The notes below the pieces were generated by a model that had not been told where the DNA came from, did not search any database, and saw only the letters and a program-made list of their open reading frames with translations. From NCBI GenBank assembly GCA_951406725.2, contig OX597815.1, forward strand, positions 202,926,001 through 202,990,000: a DNA stretch of 64,000 nucleotides. Reading direction: 5' to 3'. This DNA comes from Octopus vulgaris (Eukaryota). Shown here piece by piece: positions 40,086 through 54,925 of this stretch. The position numbers and the translations under genes were made by a program. The stretch's first letter is position 1, and every line of letters begins with the position of its first letter.

Positions 40086-41364
40086 CGAGGGACGTTCAAT
40101 AAGTAATGCCTCTGACCCACATGCAGTTATTTGATCTAGCTGAAATTATTCATATCTCTATAGATTAAGCGGCAAATTACAGCTCTGAACTAATTGTAGT
40201 TTCTGATTTACAGGTGTTTGAACTGAGTCAAGTGTGAAATGGAACCTGTTGAGTGTCGAGCAGTGATCCGGTTTTTGTATTTGAAAGGACGCACACCACG
40301 GGAGACTTTTGATGAAATGAAAGTAACTTATGGTGATGATGCCCCATCATATGACCTTGTAAAACGCTGGCATCGTGAATTCAAACATGGTCGGAACTCT
40401 GTGGAAACAGCTCCCAGATCTGGTCGCCCCCTTCTGCTATTGATGAGGCATCTGTCCGTCAAGTTGAGACTGCCATTTTGGAAGATCGACGCATAACTAT
40501 TCGCCAAATAGCCCAAGGGATCAAGATTAGTACCGGGTCTGTGGAAACTATCATTCATGACCATTTGCATATGCAAAAGGTGTCTGCTAGATGGATTCCC
40601 AGGTTGCTCACACCTTTCCAGAAGCAAGAACCCGTCGAGTGCTCGAGGATGAATTTGGAGATGTGCCAAGAAGATGAGTCAAAAGTTTTCAAAAGACTGA
40701 TTACACAGGATGAAACCTGGGTCCATCACTATGATCCAGAGACCAAAGCCCAGTCAATGCAGTGGAAGCACCATGACTCACCTCCTCTAAAGAAGGCAAA
40801 GGTGCAGCCCTCCGCTGGCAAGGTCATGCTCACAGTCTTCTGGGACCAGGACGGAGTAGTGATGACAGATTTCCTGGCAAAGGGTACCACAATTACAGGA
40901 GCCTATTATGCTTCACTTTTGAGGAAATTAAGAGAAGTTATCAAAATCAAAAGGCGGGGCAAGATCAGCAAAGGCATCGTCCTCCTGCAGGACAACGCTC
41001 CGGTCCACAGCTCGCATGTCGCCAGATCAGAAACACAGGCGTGCGGCTATGAACCCCTCCCCCATCCCCCCTACTCTCCTGACCTTGCACCCTCTGATTT
41101 TCTCCTCTTTCCAGCCATGAAGTTGTTTTTGAAAGGAAAGCATTTCCCAGATGATGCAGCCTTGATTTCTGAAGTCACGTTTTGGTTGGAGGACCAAACT
41201 GGGGGTCTTCTACAAAAACGGTCTCCAGAGCTGCATCAAACGATGGGAGAAATGCGTAACTCTGGGTGATTCCTATGTAAAAGAAGACTAATAACTGTGC
41301 CAAGTTTCGTTGCTCTACTGCTATGGGAAGTGGGTCAGGGGCATTACTTATTGAACGCTCCTCG
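40086..41364 (+). mobile_element. Full-length mariner (DD34D) transposon, 1279 bp
   Basis: TA TSDs at 40084-40085 and 41365-41366; ~35-bp TIRs CGAGGGACGTTCAATAAGTAATGCCTCTGACCCAC / GTGGGTCAGGGGCATTACTTATTGAACGCTCCTCG. Confidence 0.95.
40239..41291 (+). pseudogene. Mariner transposase with two frameshifts (~40430, ~41200)
   Basis: ORFs 40239-40496 and 40478-41269 join; WIPRLL, QDETW, QDNAP.H, HPPYSPDLAPSD motifs. Confidence 0.92.
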
Positions 41365-42111
41365 TATGTATGCGTCTGTGACTGCGTGTGTTTGCGCTCG
41401 CGGAGATTGTGTGTTGTGAATGTTTGCGTGTACGTGTACTTATAATTTCGCTTGTAATCAGTAACTTTGAATTAAACAATATCTTATGAATCAACCATGA
41501 AAGACATCACTGAAAATTACTAGTTAATGAAAATATTACGTGGTTGCAAACGGTTATTAACTCTACTTCAATGATAATGTCGATGAAGAATTGAAATGAG
41601 ACGTGCCATGAATGAAAACAGTGTATTTTAAGAAATCTGCCTACTACATCTCCATTACTTGCAATGAATTAATGTATTATGGGTTTAAAAAATGAAAGAA
41701 ATCGAAATATAGAAACAAAAATGGTCGGAATATATTTTGGGTAAAAAAACACAGTAGTGATCACTATTTCAAATATTGTTAATAGATAACGAAACTTATC
41801 TGATAATTTATACCATTAGACTCCGAAAGAGTAAAATGCTAAATTGATTTCGGCGGCATTTCACCTCAGAATTAAAGAGCTAGAAGAAATACTGCTAAGC
41901 TTTCTTTTCGATGCACTAACCTGCCCTCGCCGGCTTATACCTTCTGATTTTGGCCCAGGCCAGCAATTTTGAGAGAAGGCGAATAATCGATACAATAAAC
42001 TCAGTGTTGAACTGGGACTTCATTTTATCGACGATCAATTGAATGGTTCGCCATTAGAAAGAAGGAGGCTCGTGAATAAGAAGTATCGTAGCGATTATTT
42101 TTTTAAAAATA

Positions 42112-42153
<42 letters not shown>

Positions 42154-42819
42154 TACATACACACAGACGCCGGCGCACACACTTACAGACACGCACACAT
42201 GGACACATATACATACAATCCTTTAGCCATGTGTCAGAAACAAACACTGGAAGCTAGAAGAGGGAGTAGATACGTAATAACGAGATATAAAGTCTGAAAG
42301 CAGTGTTCATTCTACATTAATATCTCTTTGGTATGCATGGACCTCCTTTTTCATATATCCATACTTTTTTTCTGATGGTTCATTCTCTTTGTGTCTCCGT
42401 TGCTCAATCTAAAGTCTAAAATCCTTTAGTTCGGAAGTTTGACGATGATATAAACTGGTCGCTTATTATTTGAATTACCCTGAATAGATCCTCGTTGGCT
42501 AGCGTATTTAAGACTTGTGCTATTCATCCTACATAGAGAAAGGAAGAGAAAAGGTTCGTTAAACATATGTTGTGTTTATTTTAGTTTCTGCGTTACCTCA
42601 TCCGAAACAGCGATGGATGCTCGTATATAGCTCAGCCCGGAAGCTTTCTTATTTCCCAGACTCGAAATTATTATTTCGGAGAATGACCAGAAATCTGCCG
42701 AGGTTCTTTCATTCATTTTTTAAACATGACACTTCGACTAGTATGCCGCAGCTCAAGTATTTTCGCATTCGCTGTTTGCATTGTTTCCAATACAACCCTG
42801 CACACAGAAGCTCTCTTAC

Positions 42820-42820
<1 letters not shown>

Positions 42821-42904
<84 letters not shown>
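42821..42904. repeat. (AGT)n microsatellite
   Basis: Directly visible. Confidence 0.97.
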
Positions 42905-43667
42905 TGCTGTTGTGCTGATGTTGCAGCAGTTGTTGATGTATGTAACGCGCAAAGAGGCTTCAGTTAACACATAATTTTTCGAATATTTCGCTATAATGCG
43001 CGAGAGATTTTCCAAGCCATAAAGCTTTACATTCAGACGATTCGAATATCACGTACACGTGAGCTAGCATTTCTAGATATGTACATACGGACATAAGTGT
43101 AACTTGGTTTGTGCTTGTGAGTGTGCAAGTGTTTTTGCGTTTGAGCCTCTATGAGTGTGTGACTCTGTGTTTGTATAAGTGTGTGACGGTGTGTGTGTGT
43201 TTTCTGTGTTTGAGTATCTACGTGAGTCTGTGTGTGCGTGTGTATATATATGTATCTGTATGATGTGTGTGTCTTCAAATGTCTTGAGATTGATATTCAC
43301 AAGAATGTTTTATTTCCTTCTTATCCGCTGTTAACATCACATTCTTAAGAGTCTCTTCACTGTCTCAAGTTTCTGTCCATCGATGAAAATTTATTATTAA
43401 TACTACCACCACCACCACCACCACCACAACTACTGCAAATATTACTGTTGCTGCTTTTACTACTATTAGTATTACTACTACCATTAATAATATAGCAATA
43501 ATAATAATAATAATAATATAATTACTGATGTAGGTTGTATTAATAGTGATGATGTATATAGTCACTCTATCGCTCTGATAAGCGGTTATAAATTCACCCT
43601 GCATACTTTCATCCACGAACTTTATCACATAGCTAAGAATATACAAATATATATGTATATATATACA

Positions 43668-43706
<39 letters not shown>

Positions 43707-43762
43707 CGGGAAGCTTTATGAAAATAGACAAAAGACGAAGGCAGGTGGAAGACAAACGAACA

Positions 43763-43816
<54 letters not shown>

Positions 43817-45708
43817 TATAGATAGATAGATAGATAGATAGATATAGAAATATATTTATATGTATGTATATATATGTACATATATGTGTGCATTTACATG
43901 TGTGCGTCTATGTGTATGTCTCTGTGTGTGGAATTACGTGCATATGTCTGAATGTGTATGCGTTTATAAGAGTGCAGGCTTCTAGAAGCAATTGTATATT
44001 TGCAATAAGAATTGCTATTACATTCGCTTTTTCTCAAGTGATGCGTACAAATGCATTGTTCGTGCGAACATATATTGCTTAAATTACTGTAAAAATAAAT
44101 ATATTTGTCCAGTGTAGTGTCGGTGTATTTACATAAATACGGTGTGAATATTACGTTTATGCTTACATATGGATGTGTACCAATAGTCGTGACGAAAACT
44201 GGGCAAGATTTCTTTCCCATCGTTCTGGACAGTATTTCTACATTTGTCATAGAAAAATATTTTGTGTGATGTACTGTTTTCAATTATTTTATGTGCAAAC
44301 AATTCAATTTCTATGTAACTTTGTTTCTTCAACAATCTTTCCCAAATTACAAAGAAGGAGAGCAAAGTACTCCGAAGTTTCCATTTCGTAGTTGAAAAAA
44401 GTAAAGGAAACATTAGTCCTAGATGATTGTGAATTTATCTTTACCATATAATTATTTCTGGTTAGTTTTTATTGGTCCTTCCATTAAAAGTTTTAAAGCT
44501 AACTTTATTATATAAGCTTAAACAGCTTATGGTTGGATAACATATGTTCATATTCTGGTTGGTTCTTTCTGTTATAGTCATTAAAAATAATACATCACTC
44601 GCTTCACTAACTGAAATTCGAAATAGAGTAAGACACACTTTCAAATTCTGTTGCCCGTCCATATATTTCTTTTCATTGGCTTATTAAAAATCAGAATGTA
44701 TTCTGCGCAAGAAAAGTCTTGACGTTATCACTTTATATTTAATTCGAACGATGAGATTTGAGATGTTTTTTCTCCTCTTTTATCAAATATAATAAATAGT
44801 ATTATAAGACAAACGTTGTAAGCACTTAAAATAATGTGAAATACATGTATACACCTGCTGCAAGTAATTTGGAAGAAGTAATGGAGGATTTCAATGATTA
44901 ATGGCGAAAAGTTATAATCATCACAACAGCTGGTTTCAAAATGATTCTGTCTCAGTAGGAGAAATTTCTTCAATAACCCATTAGAATAATAAGTTTTTGC
45001 AATATGTGCCCAATGCCTTACATTTGTGTGTGAGGGGGTGATTATATTGATTTTAGTCCTTGACAGGTATTTTATTTAATCGACCCCGGACAAATGAATG
45101 ACTCACCAGAATTTGAGTAATGTTAAATTAGATTTATTTGCTGTGAATTAACCCAACTTAGGTCTGAAATACCAATGATGAAAGGCTTTTCGCAAATGAC
45201 ATCTACGCCCACAGTATCAGATAAAATATTCCAACATTTAAATGCTCATAAATGTGTTTGAATGAATTTGAAATTTAACTACTGTCACATCAATCCATTA
45301 TATTACTGTTCATAATCAACGTGATTTTTGATATTCAGATTACACAATCTATACATTCTTCGGTGTCTCTCAAGTTTCTATGTGTAAATATAATTGCTTA
45401 CTGTGTTTAACATAATACCATTGTGCTTATGCATCTCACGTTCGTTGAAATCTTATGCCATCAAATAAAACGTTCGGTGAAAACAGAGTACTCATATTCT
45501 ATTATGTCAACCATATATAATATTCAGGAACAGACCACGTTTTACAAACCAAGTCTTTTGGGAACTTTGACACGAAATAAATCTGTGGCATTTGGTATTC
45601 ATTACAACTTTTGATGTTCATAAAATATAATTCAGATAAAAGGCAATTCAATTTTTAGTAATTCTATATCACCCTCGATTATTGCGGGGAACACGTTTTT
45701 GACTTTGG

Positions 45709-47590
45709 CACTGGTTTTTACTTAATTTGAGTGTGCTGAATACTGAAATCATATTTTCTCTATAAACTACAGACTTTTTGCAATTCAAGTATTTTATACT
45801 TTGTGAAATTTTGATACTTTTTGTATAAATCCATTCTCTAAGCAGCTTATGATCATATTACCTTAAATTTGTTCGCGAAACAATCATTTAAGTAAAGAGA
45901 TATTTATTCACAACAGCATTTAAATCTATTACACTACATACTAAAGATTGAAATGAAATTATGAAACAACTAATGAAGTATGAAAGATCAAATTATTCGT
46001 ATTCTGACAGGAATTTCCGCTTGTAGCTGTTGCGTTCATAGACTTTGTCAGGATTATTTCATTCGCTACTCCAGTTTAGTCCTCATCATATGTCTACTCC
46101 AATGCCCTGATAACGCTCTTCATTCGTCATGATGTCTTGATGGAACCGATCTCCCTGTTCATTACTTACTACTCCAAGGTTCTTGGAGACATAGTGAAAG
46201 GTGACTATTTAGGAGATGACGCATGACACACACGTTGCATCCAAGATATAGAAGGATTTTAGTAGCCATAGCAAGAAAGTGTTTTTATAACCGCCACGAA
46301 TGCCAGCCACGCTGTCTTTACCTTATTCATCTTTCCGACAAATTCTCCATAATATACAAAGATACAAATTTGAGGTCCATCAAATACGACCACATTGATT
46401 TTTCTCGAAAGACAAAGACAAAAATATTCGCTGTCAGTACTCAGTGCTTCGACAAGGCAAGATAAAGATTGAATAAATGGTGTGGGGAATGAACTTCTCT
46501 CAACTGACGATTGGGTCATTCACAATGTTTGGCTTGTCAACTTTCATAGTTACCCGGATGGGTCATTCATTCTCAGTCCAGTGTTTGTCTCGAGTGTGAT
46601 TGTCCCACTTGCAGTGATATCATAGAAACTTAGTGAAACTTTTGTTCCGCCCGAGAAGGCATTTGATCAGTTTCAAATAAATGATCTAGTTGTATTTGAA
46701 TTCGACAAAGGACTATTTTTATGTCGTCATGGATTTCTCGCAGATGCACCAAGTGTCCAACTGGAACAGCGTCAAACGCTTTGCCATTATGCAAGATGAC
46801 ACACTTGAGGCTGCACTTAGAACTCTCAAAAACAAACTCCATTTTGTAGGGTGTACTGCGTAACGTCTAACTGTGTGAGAAGACCTGGGATATCGTGGCA
46901 ATAAATAAATTCCTTGCATTTTGAAAAAGAAGTTCATAAAATTTGCTCCTGTATTTTGAAATATATGACTTTTGCAGAACTTTTAAAACATTTTCATTTA
47001 TCCTGGAGGCTAATATCTGCGCTGCATTCCTAGAAAGTGCCATATGATATTCAGTTCCGAACACGAAAGGGACGAGTGGCTGATGACTGTTTGACATTCG
47101 ATAAGAAGTATTCGGAATCTGAAACCATTTCTTCGAACTTCTGATCAGATTTGCAGCTTTCACCTTCATTGGAGGTATAACCATTAAAAACTGGAACTGG
47201 GAGTTCCCCACAAGGGGGAGTAGGTCGACTTAGAGAGGGAATACTTCTATAGGATGTTTTATGCCGGTTTTCCGTGTCAATAAATTTAATGTTATCCAAG
47301 TCAAAATAGCAGTCAGTTATGTGATCCTTTGGTCTTTGCCGAACAATAGGGACTCCAAAATAAGACTCACCTCGCAATTATGACACACTATATAAGGAGA
47401 TCACTTCTACTATTCCTCATCAGGTTGAACGTAAATATAACCTTATAGATACGTCTCACAAACTTTGTTGCATTTTGCCTTTGACGAAAAAATATGTAGC
47501 AGCCACATACGTGAGAAATGCATTGGGATGATCTATACATTTATGTCTACTTGAAGAAGGTATTGTTAGATCTGAAACCAAATATGTGTA
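45709..47590 (-). mobile_element. Decayed DNA transposon, probably CMC/Chapaev-3-like
   Basis: Fragments YFGVPIV...PKDH.TDCYF, SSKCSLKCVILHNG, FDGPQI, NLGVVSNEQGDRFHQDIMTNEERYQG; terminus CACTG at 45709; the other end may lie beyond the RTE insertion (~48510). Superfamily assigned from recalled motifs. Confidence 0.7.
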
Positions 47591-47607
47591 TATATATATA
47601 TATATAT

Positions 47608-48419
47608 AGGGCGGGTAAAATTTCCGAGATCCATGGACGAGTTCTCTCGAACGGCCTTTGTCCCTCATCAACGCTGCCATGTCCTATGTCTCCTACAGAC
47701 CAGTGTCTGTTCTTAGGGCATCAACATATGTCATCCTCGGTCTCCCTCTGCTAGTGTGTCTGTGTAGGGGCTCCCAGGGGAGCACTGAGTGCCGCATCAA
47801 CTCATGATGACGGTGAGCATGTCCAGCTAACCTGAGTCTCCTCTGTGTTATTTTCGAGCTAACTATTGGAAGGCTCTCGTACAGCTCTCAGTTCTTCCTC
47901 CTCAGCGTATACTGATTAATGTTCAGAGCTAACCCCAGTATTCTCGTGTAGGATACATCTAAAATCTAGGTGAGTTTCTTGGTCAGTGTCCAAGTCTCAG
48001 ATCTGCACAACAATACATTCGGGGGAGAGGAAGACGAATGCTGAGGTAGTGAAGGAAGAACTCTGTAATGCTTACCTGAGGCCAGAGAAGAGGCACTGAT
48101 GGAGAAAATCAGAAGTGTGAAGAGAGCGAGAGAGCTGGATGATCATCAATGAGATCACAGGGCGGATGAGAGAAAGTCCGAGTCAGATCCAAGGTGCAGG
48201 GCCAGAGGATACGAAGAGTAAATGGATGGAACATTTTATGATCCTACAAGGAGAGCCGCTTCCCACAACTCTGAGCACTGGGGATATCGGGCAGCTGATT
48301 TAGGAACTGGATATTGAGACAAAGAGAAGCTTGAGAGATCCGAAAAGAAGATCACGGAGGGCAGGGCCTATGGAAAACATGGAATCGCACCAGATGTGAT
48401 GGGGTGGTGTGATTCTGAT

Positions 48420-48421
<2 letters not shown>
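47608..48421. mobile_element. RTE-clade LINE fragment with inverted 5' part (47608-48020 -, 48021-48421 +), between (TA)n tracts
   Basis: Minus: SETWTLTKKL..LD..YTR.L..ALNI...RRLRLAGH..RH...RGRP..TYVD (RTE C-terminus). Plus: WMIINEITGR...W.EHF..L.G.P (EN-RT linker-like). Confidence 0.75.
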
Positions 48422-48476
<55 letters not shown>

Positions 48477-48539
48477 AAAATTTAGATTCAGATGAAACAT
48501 AAGAATAATACAAACTTATTGAATAACCGTTTTGATCTA

Positions 48540-50240
48540 GGATTATCCTGCATACACTGTGCCACCTGTACTTTTAAATATTTTAAATAATAGCATTCTG
48601 GCTATTCCTAAATTGCAAATCTTAATGTTTTGTAACTAAATAAGGAAATAATATACCCTACTAGTTTTTATTTAAATTGCATGGATTATTAAGAAATTTA
48701 ATTATATAAATAAATTGAAAAAAGTGAAATAAAATCTTTTAAAATTTTCTATAACTATTGCATAAATTCCATATATCTAGTGAAATTATTAAGTTCATCT
48801 TGGTTACCTCCCTTGTATTACACTTTAAACTATTTTACAGGCTCTTGATATATGTGCTAATTGATAAGCTTTTCTTTTTTTTACTAGGAATATTCCCATA
48901 AAAAGCTCTTCTAAATTCCCCTTAATTAATATTCAAAGCCTGATAATTGAATAGATAATAATATCTATGCTATTTAGTCTCTATCTTAAAATGGTCTGAT
49001 TATTAATAAAATTTCTAACCAATAGTTTTGATCAGTTACCAATCTCACACGATAACTCCCATGATAAATTATATTAATTTTAGTCAAGTAAATATATAAT
49101 TATATTATAATTATTAAATATTTTCTTATAGTAGCTTGCCTCACATACTATAAATAAACTAGGTATATCCTATAATAGGTTTTTAGAATACAAATCTGGT
49201 CTACCCCTGATCTACTATAGTCTAAATTTATTTTTATTTTTCAATTTGCTGACTTAAATATATTTAACTGTAATTTTAAACCATTTTATCTTACTCATTT
49301 GCCCACTATATCATCTTGCCGAATAATACATTTCTATTAGATACACACTTAACCTATATAGAACCAAGCTGTTATAACTCAATATCTATTTCATAGCTTA
49401 AGTGAAGTACATTCTAAAATCATTAACATGCAGGAAATAAATGATATGTCGAGCATATTCCTTTAATTTAACTCATTAATACAAATAAATTACTATTTAC
49501 TGACTAACTATAAATCTATATTAATAATAATTTGATGTATATAGTTTTATATACATCAAATACATGTATATATTTTTATATACATGAAAAATGAAAAAAT
49601 GAATGAAATGATATCTATACTCTCCATCCCTATATAAGATAATAAAATTCATTAGAATCCTTTGAAAAAAAAACTATCTAAAAGATATTTATTTCAAATC
49701 ACAAGTAGGATTATGGCTGTTAAATAGTTAAGGTATTAGAAGTCTCTATTCTCCCTACCCCATTAGCTTCAGCCTACTAACTTTAGCTTAAATACATTGA
49801 GCTGTACCAGAGTTAGGTTCTTCAAAAAAGAATTTGACTCATGGCTCTGCCACTTAAGCTGCCTCTTCCTCTATCTATAAATAGATAAATTCTTGGTTGT
49901 CTCCACTGAACTTAATAGAATAAAAAACCCTCCCCAATAGTAAATCTAAATAACAAAGTAAATTTAGTGATAAGAAATCTACCCATCAGTAAAGTTCATT
50001 TACTACCATGTTTCTATTGATGAGATTCACCTCTCTGTCTATATACCTACCCTCTTTGTAATGCTTGGAAATGGAATAAGTATAAAAATGAATATTGTCA
50101 ATTTAATTTAAAAATTCCAGATGTGGCTGAAGATTGCTCTACATTTTAAAACTGATGTAATACTTACATTGTTTAATTAAATGAAGTAGCATGAAACGAT
50201 TGTACTACACTACCTTTGGATATCCTTGTTGCTTATTTTG

Positions 50241-50245
<5 letters not shown>
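48540..50245 (+). mobile_element. Very decayed Penelope-like RT relic (possibly Naiad-type) ending in a degenerate hammerhead
   Basis: Ordered traces LHK.P...KFI (~48760-48800), W.INN (~48990), SFD....PHDKL (~49025-49070); CTGATG...TACTT..AAGTAGCAT-GAAACG at ~50152-50198. Requires several frameshifts. Confidence 0.45.
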
Positions 50246-50280
<35 letters not shown>

Positions 50281-50446
50281 AGTAGTTGAATGAATTATCT
50301 TAGTATGGATAATTCGGTTAACCTGGGTAGCAAATTCACGTCAGAAAAACACGGTTGAAGCTACATGCCAAGGGCAGAGATCACGTGCTTTCGTGTGGAA
50401 ATTTGTGTGTTTTTTTTTAATACAAATAAATGAAAGAATGGAGAAT

Positions 50447-50490
<44 letters not shown>

Positions 50491-52674
50491 GAATCATTGA
50501 AAACCATCTTGGAATCAGTTTTAAAATTCCATGCAAATGGAAATGATAAAAGATCGTTCTCCGGTGAACAATTTCAAAATTTCTCTCAAGAAACACGCAC
50601 ATAGAATTTCATAGCTTTAAAATAATGGCTTTGTGAAATAGCTATATACTATGCAGGCATATAAACATGTGACTATATCTGCCTGCTAGAATAAAATGTT
50701 CTCTGCATGAATGATCATATTCACGTTCATCTTGACATACAATATCTCCTCCCCATTTGCAGAACATGTAGCACGTTAAATAAGCTGATTGGTTAGTAAC
50801 TGAGAACGTCTGCTATAATAATCTGTTGCAGTACATGAGCTTCTGTTTTAACTCTTCAAAATTGATATAGAGATAACGCGATCCATCGCTAAGACTCATG
50901 TACTTTACCTACATATCACAATCACAAGCCCAAGTGCCACAAATTTTCCATACATAGTTTTTGAATTGCGGCAATTCAAAATAGAAGATACGGCTGAAAA
51001 TCTTTCGATGATTTACATCTACAAATATGCTGGCTTGACCCAGCACTTCAACCGTTGCAACATCCACATCCAAGCCACGAACAGCTTTAGATAAATCAAA
51101 TGAATTGCAAAAACTGCTTCATTGAATTGTTCCAAATCATTCCGATTGAGCATGCGCCTGAAAATATTGAAATCATCCATGGGGGTGAAATTTGTGTCAG
51201 TAGTCTCACTTATACAGTTTCAAAAATTATGCATATGTTTGTGTACGAATATGTATTTGCGTTGCTAGCATGATCTTTTTACTTTTACTGGTTTTATGGA
51301 TTTATTTCAGGTTGTACGATGTAATTTAGATCTAATTCTGAACTGGAATTTCAACCTGAAATTAACGAATCTGGAATATCTATCCTGATCATAGAGTTTG
51401 CATTTCTGTGAACAATATATTGATCGGGAGTCAAACAGCAATTCCATATGTACTCTTGTGTATTAATTAGACATGTTTCCACCATCTTTAAAACATCAAA
51501 CTAGTTTAATTGTGAATGATTAATAGGCGACAGCAGCTGACAAAGCAATGTAGCAAAGGCAGTTTTCTCTGTACTTTATTTGTGAAACCCATCGCATAAA
51601 TATTTGATATCTATCTGAAGGATATATGCTTGAGAATCACAGGGAAAAACTCTATTAATACATACAAAATGTGCACCATTAGATAGAATGATAAAGGAAT
51701 TATAAAGAGATTCTTAGAAACAAGCTATAAAGGTTATTGAAGATTTGTATCTATATATGTGAAGCATGCAATCTTTGCTAACCATGATTCACTTACCCAG
51801 ATATAAGTATTGGAGTAAGAATAATCTTTGGAGACACATACACGTTCTTAACAATAATGTAGAATATCCGAACATCTTAGAATACATTTGGTATTATTGG
51901 ATTTCCATAGTTCGAGTGGCTTTCACGCCAATACATAAGCGGCAACAGATTCCACACTGCATACTAAAATTACAACAGTAAAAGGACTATCTTTATTAAA
52001 TACTATCTCACCTAGCCAAACCTGACAGAATATAACAAAGATGTAGAACAGCTTCAGTCGCCTCTAACGATATGTTGGATTACAGATCACTAGTATTAAC
52101 ATCAAAGGAAGAAAGTGAGTTGCACTTATCCGTCTTCTTTGTGATTGTCACTCGAAACGACAACCATACAGAAAGAACCAGAACAGTCAAGAGAGAACAG
52201 AACTGCACACAATGCCAATAAAAACCGTATGTAACAATGATCAATATCGGTCTAAGTTACTCAGAGGTATGTTATATCATATGTATGATGTACAACATAT
52301 GCAGTCGTTCGAAAACGTGTTGTAATACCTTTTTTCAGATTGATCACAACTGAAGTCGTAACAAAATGACTAGCTGGTCCCGTGCCGTCAAAAATGACGG
52401 TTAATTGTAATATTGTATATATAAATATGGATGATAATTCAAATTAATAGACTTGTCAATGTTCACATACATTCACATGCTTCCTTTGTACACGCACACA
52501 CATGCACACATATACTCACATAGAGTTACAACGCTGTTTGATTTTTCTTTTCAGCGTTGAATGTTCACCATCCCACCAGTTTGCCATTACCCCTTCCTCC
52601 CTTATTCATCTATCAAACCTTCCTTTCTCATTCATATGTTGTGACAGAGAAAAACACAAGAGTGTAATTATATT

Positions 52675-52713
<39 letters not shown>

Positions 52714-52959
52714 GTGAAGGTAGGTTGCTTAGTTGTTAAGGTGTTGCTCATAGCGGTGAATAACAACATCTGATAGTTTGATCATTACAGTGATACCGGT
52801 GCATTCCAGAAGACTTTCGATGAGAGAGTAATAAATGTCCTAGATAATAATAATTTTCGTATATTTTTATTATATATCTAATAAACAGACCAGCCTATTT
52901 TTGTTATTCCAGTTTGAAGTAGACGGCGGGAGGAGCACTTTGAACACACCCAACTAAGC

Positions 52960-53668
52960 ACTCTTGTCATAGCCGACTAATTTGCAGAAGGCAGTCGGGA
53001 CGTTTCGAAGCTCGCTGTAGAATAATGTTTTGTGTTAAACTGGGTAAAATACTACAGACACTTATGAAATGCCCCAGACGACTTAGTGTTTAACTTTCCC
53101 GCCAGCACAAGATTTTCATGTACAAAAGAGAGGAGGGGAGAGATGATGAAATGAGTGGGAGGGAGAGAGACGGCAGAATATGAGAGCTGGTAGAGAAAGT
53201 TCGCCATTTTCTGGATGAAAAGGGTCGTGTTTTGTGTCTGCAAAGGCAATAAGCAGACAGTTTGGAGATGGTGTGGCAACTGTATTCATGAAACTCTGAA
53301 TGTGCGCAGAATTTGCACAATGCATGCTTCCTTCCAAGATAGTCAATGACGAGTATCCTGGTAACAAAATGCTTGAAAAAAATGGGCCTAAAAATTGTTC
53401 CTCACCGTCCCTACAATCTAGACCTTGCTTTCTGTGATATTTGGTTGTTCCCCAAGCTAAAGGAGAAACTCGAAGGCAGTCCTTTTGAAGATGGAGGGAG
53501 CTGTGTCAAGGGTCCTGGATACCTTCAATGGTACCTTCACTGAGTGGTTGGGATACTACAAGTGCATTGAAGTCAGAGAATCCTACTTTGAAGATTAGAG
53601 TTTTGTACTCATTTGAAATTAATTGAGGTCTCTCTTGAGAAGTCTACAAACTTTCAGAATACACATTC

Positions 53669-53670
<2 letters not shown>
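52960..53670 (+). mobile_element. Decayed mariner fragment
   Basis: FCVKLGK near 53030; KIVPHRPYNLDLAFCDIWLFPKLK matches the HPPYSPDLAP.DF.LF motif. Confidence 0.7.
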
Positions 53671-53728
<58 letters not shown>

Positions 53729-53788
53729 ATAGATCGCTAGCCACTAAACGATCATTATTTTCTCTCCTTGTTTTTTTTTGTGAATTCT

Positions 53789-53841
<53 letters not shown>

Positions 53842-54410
53842 GGAGAATTCACAAAAAAAAAACCAAAGAGAGAAAATATATATGGTGCGAGTGTGTGTGT
53901 GTTTGTGTACGTATGCATGTATGTGTTCGAAAGAAAAAGCGGAAGAAGGAAAAGTAGGGAAATATTTGCACATGCAACAGTCCTTTGTGTATATATTCAC
54001 ATCTGCACATAATAAACATGTTTTTTTTTTGCGAGTCATTTATTCCAACAGAAAATCTCATTTATATGGTCAAATATATACATTAATATTACGGGAAAAT
54101 GGAGTAAACAGATTTTACTAATGTTTATAGATCGACAAACAGGTAAAAGAAAAGAAGTCTATAAACAAATATTTTCTTTGGATATTACATCCATAATTCC
54201 CTTATTCTATTCTACATAAACAATTTGCATATAAATTCTGGTACAGAACTTCAATGGGACTTATCTGAAGTTTATTTCCATTACTCGTGTCTTTATTACC
54301 TTCATAATTCTCTCCCCCTCCTTCAGTCTCCCTCTTTCTCTGTGTGAGTGTATGTGTGTCTCTGTCTGTCTGTCTTTGTGTCTTTATCTCTCTCTCTCTC
54401 ACTCTCTCTC

Positions 54411-54451
<41 letters not shown>

Positions 54452-54519
54452 ATTTCTCGCTCTTTCTCTCACTCTCTACTTGTATGTATACATAAAGACA
54501 CACGGATATATATGTATAA

Positions 54520-54750
<231 letters not shown>

Positions 54751-54925
54751 CGCCAACTGGTGTGCGTGCGTAAACTTGTGTCTAAGTAATCAGTTACGCA
54801 TCCGGAAAGCAATACGTACTTCACCAAAGCATACAGAGAACATGGCACACTGCTACCCGTATCCAAGTTAAATACTAAGCGTAACAGATTCGAAAATAAT
54901 GTATGCATAGAAATTGATATATATA

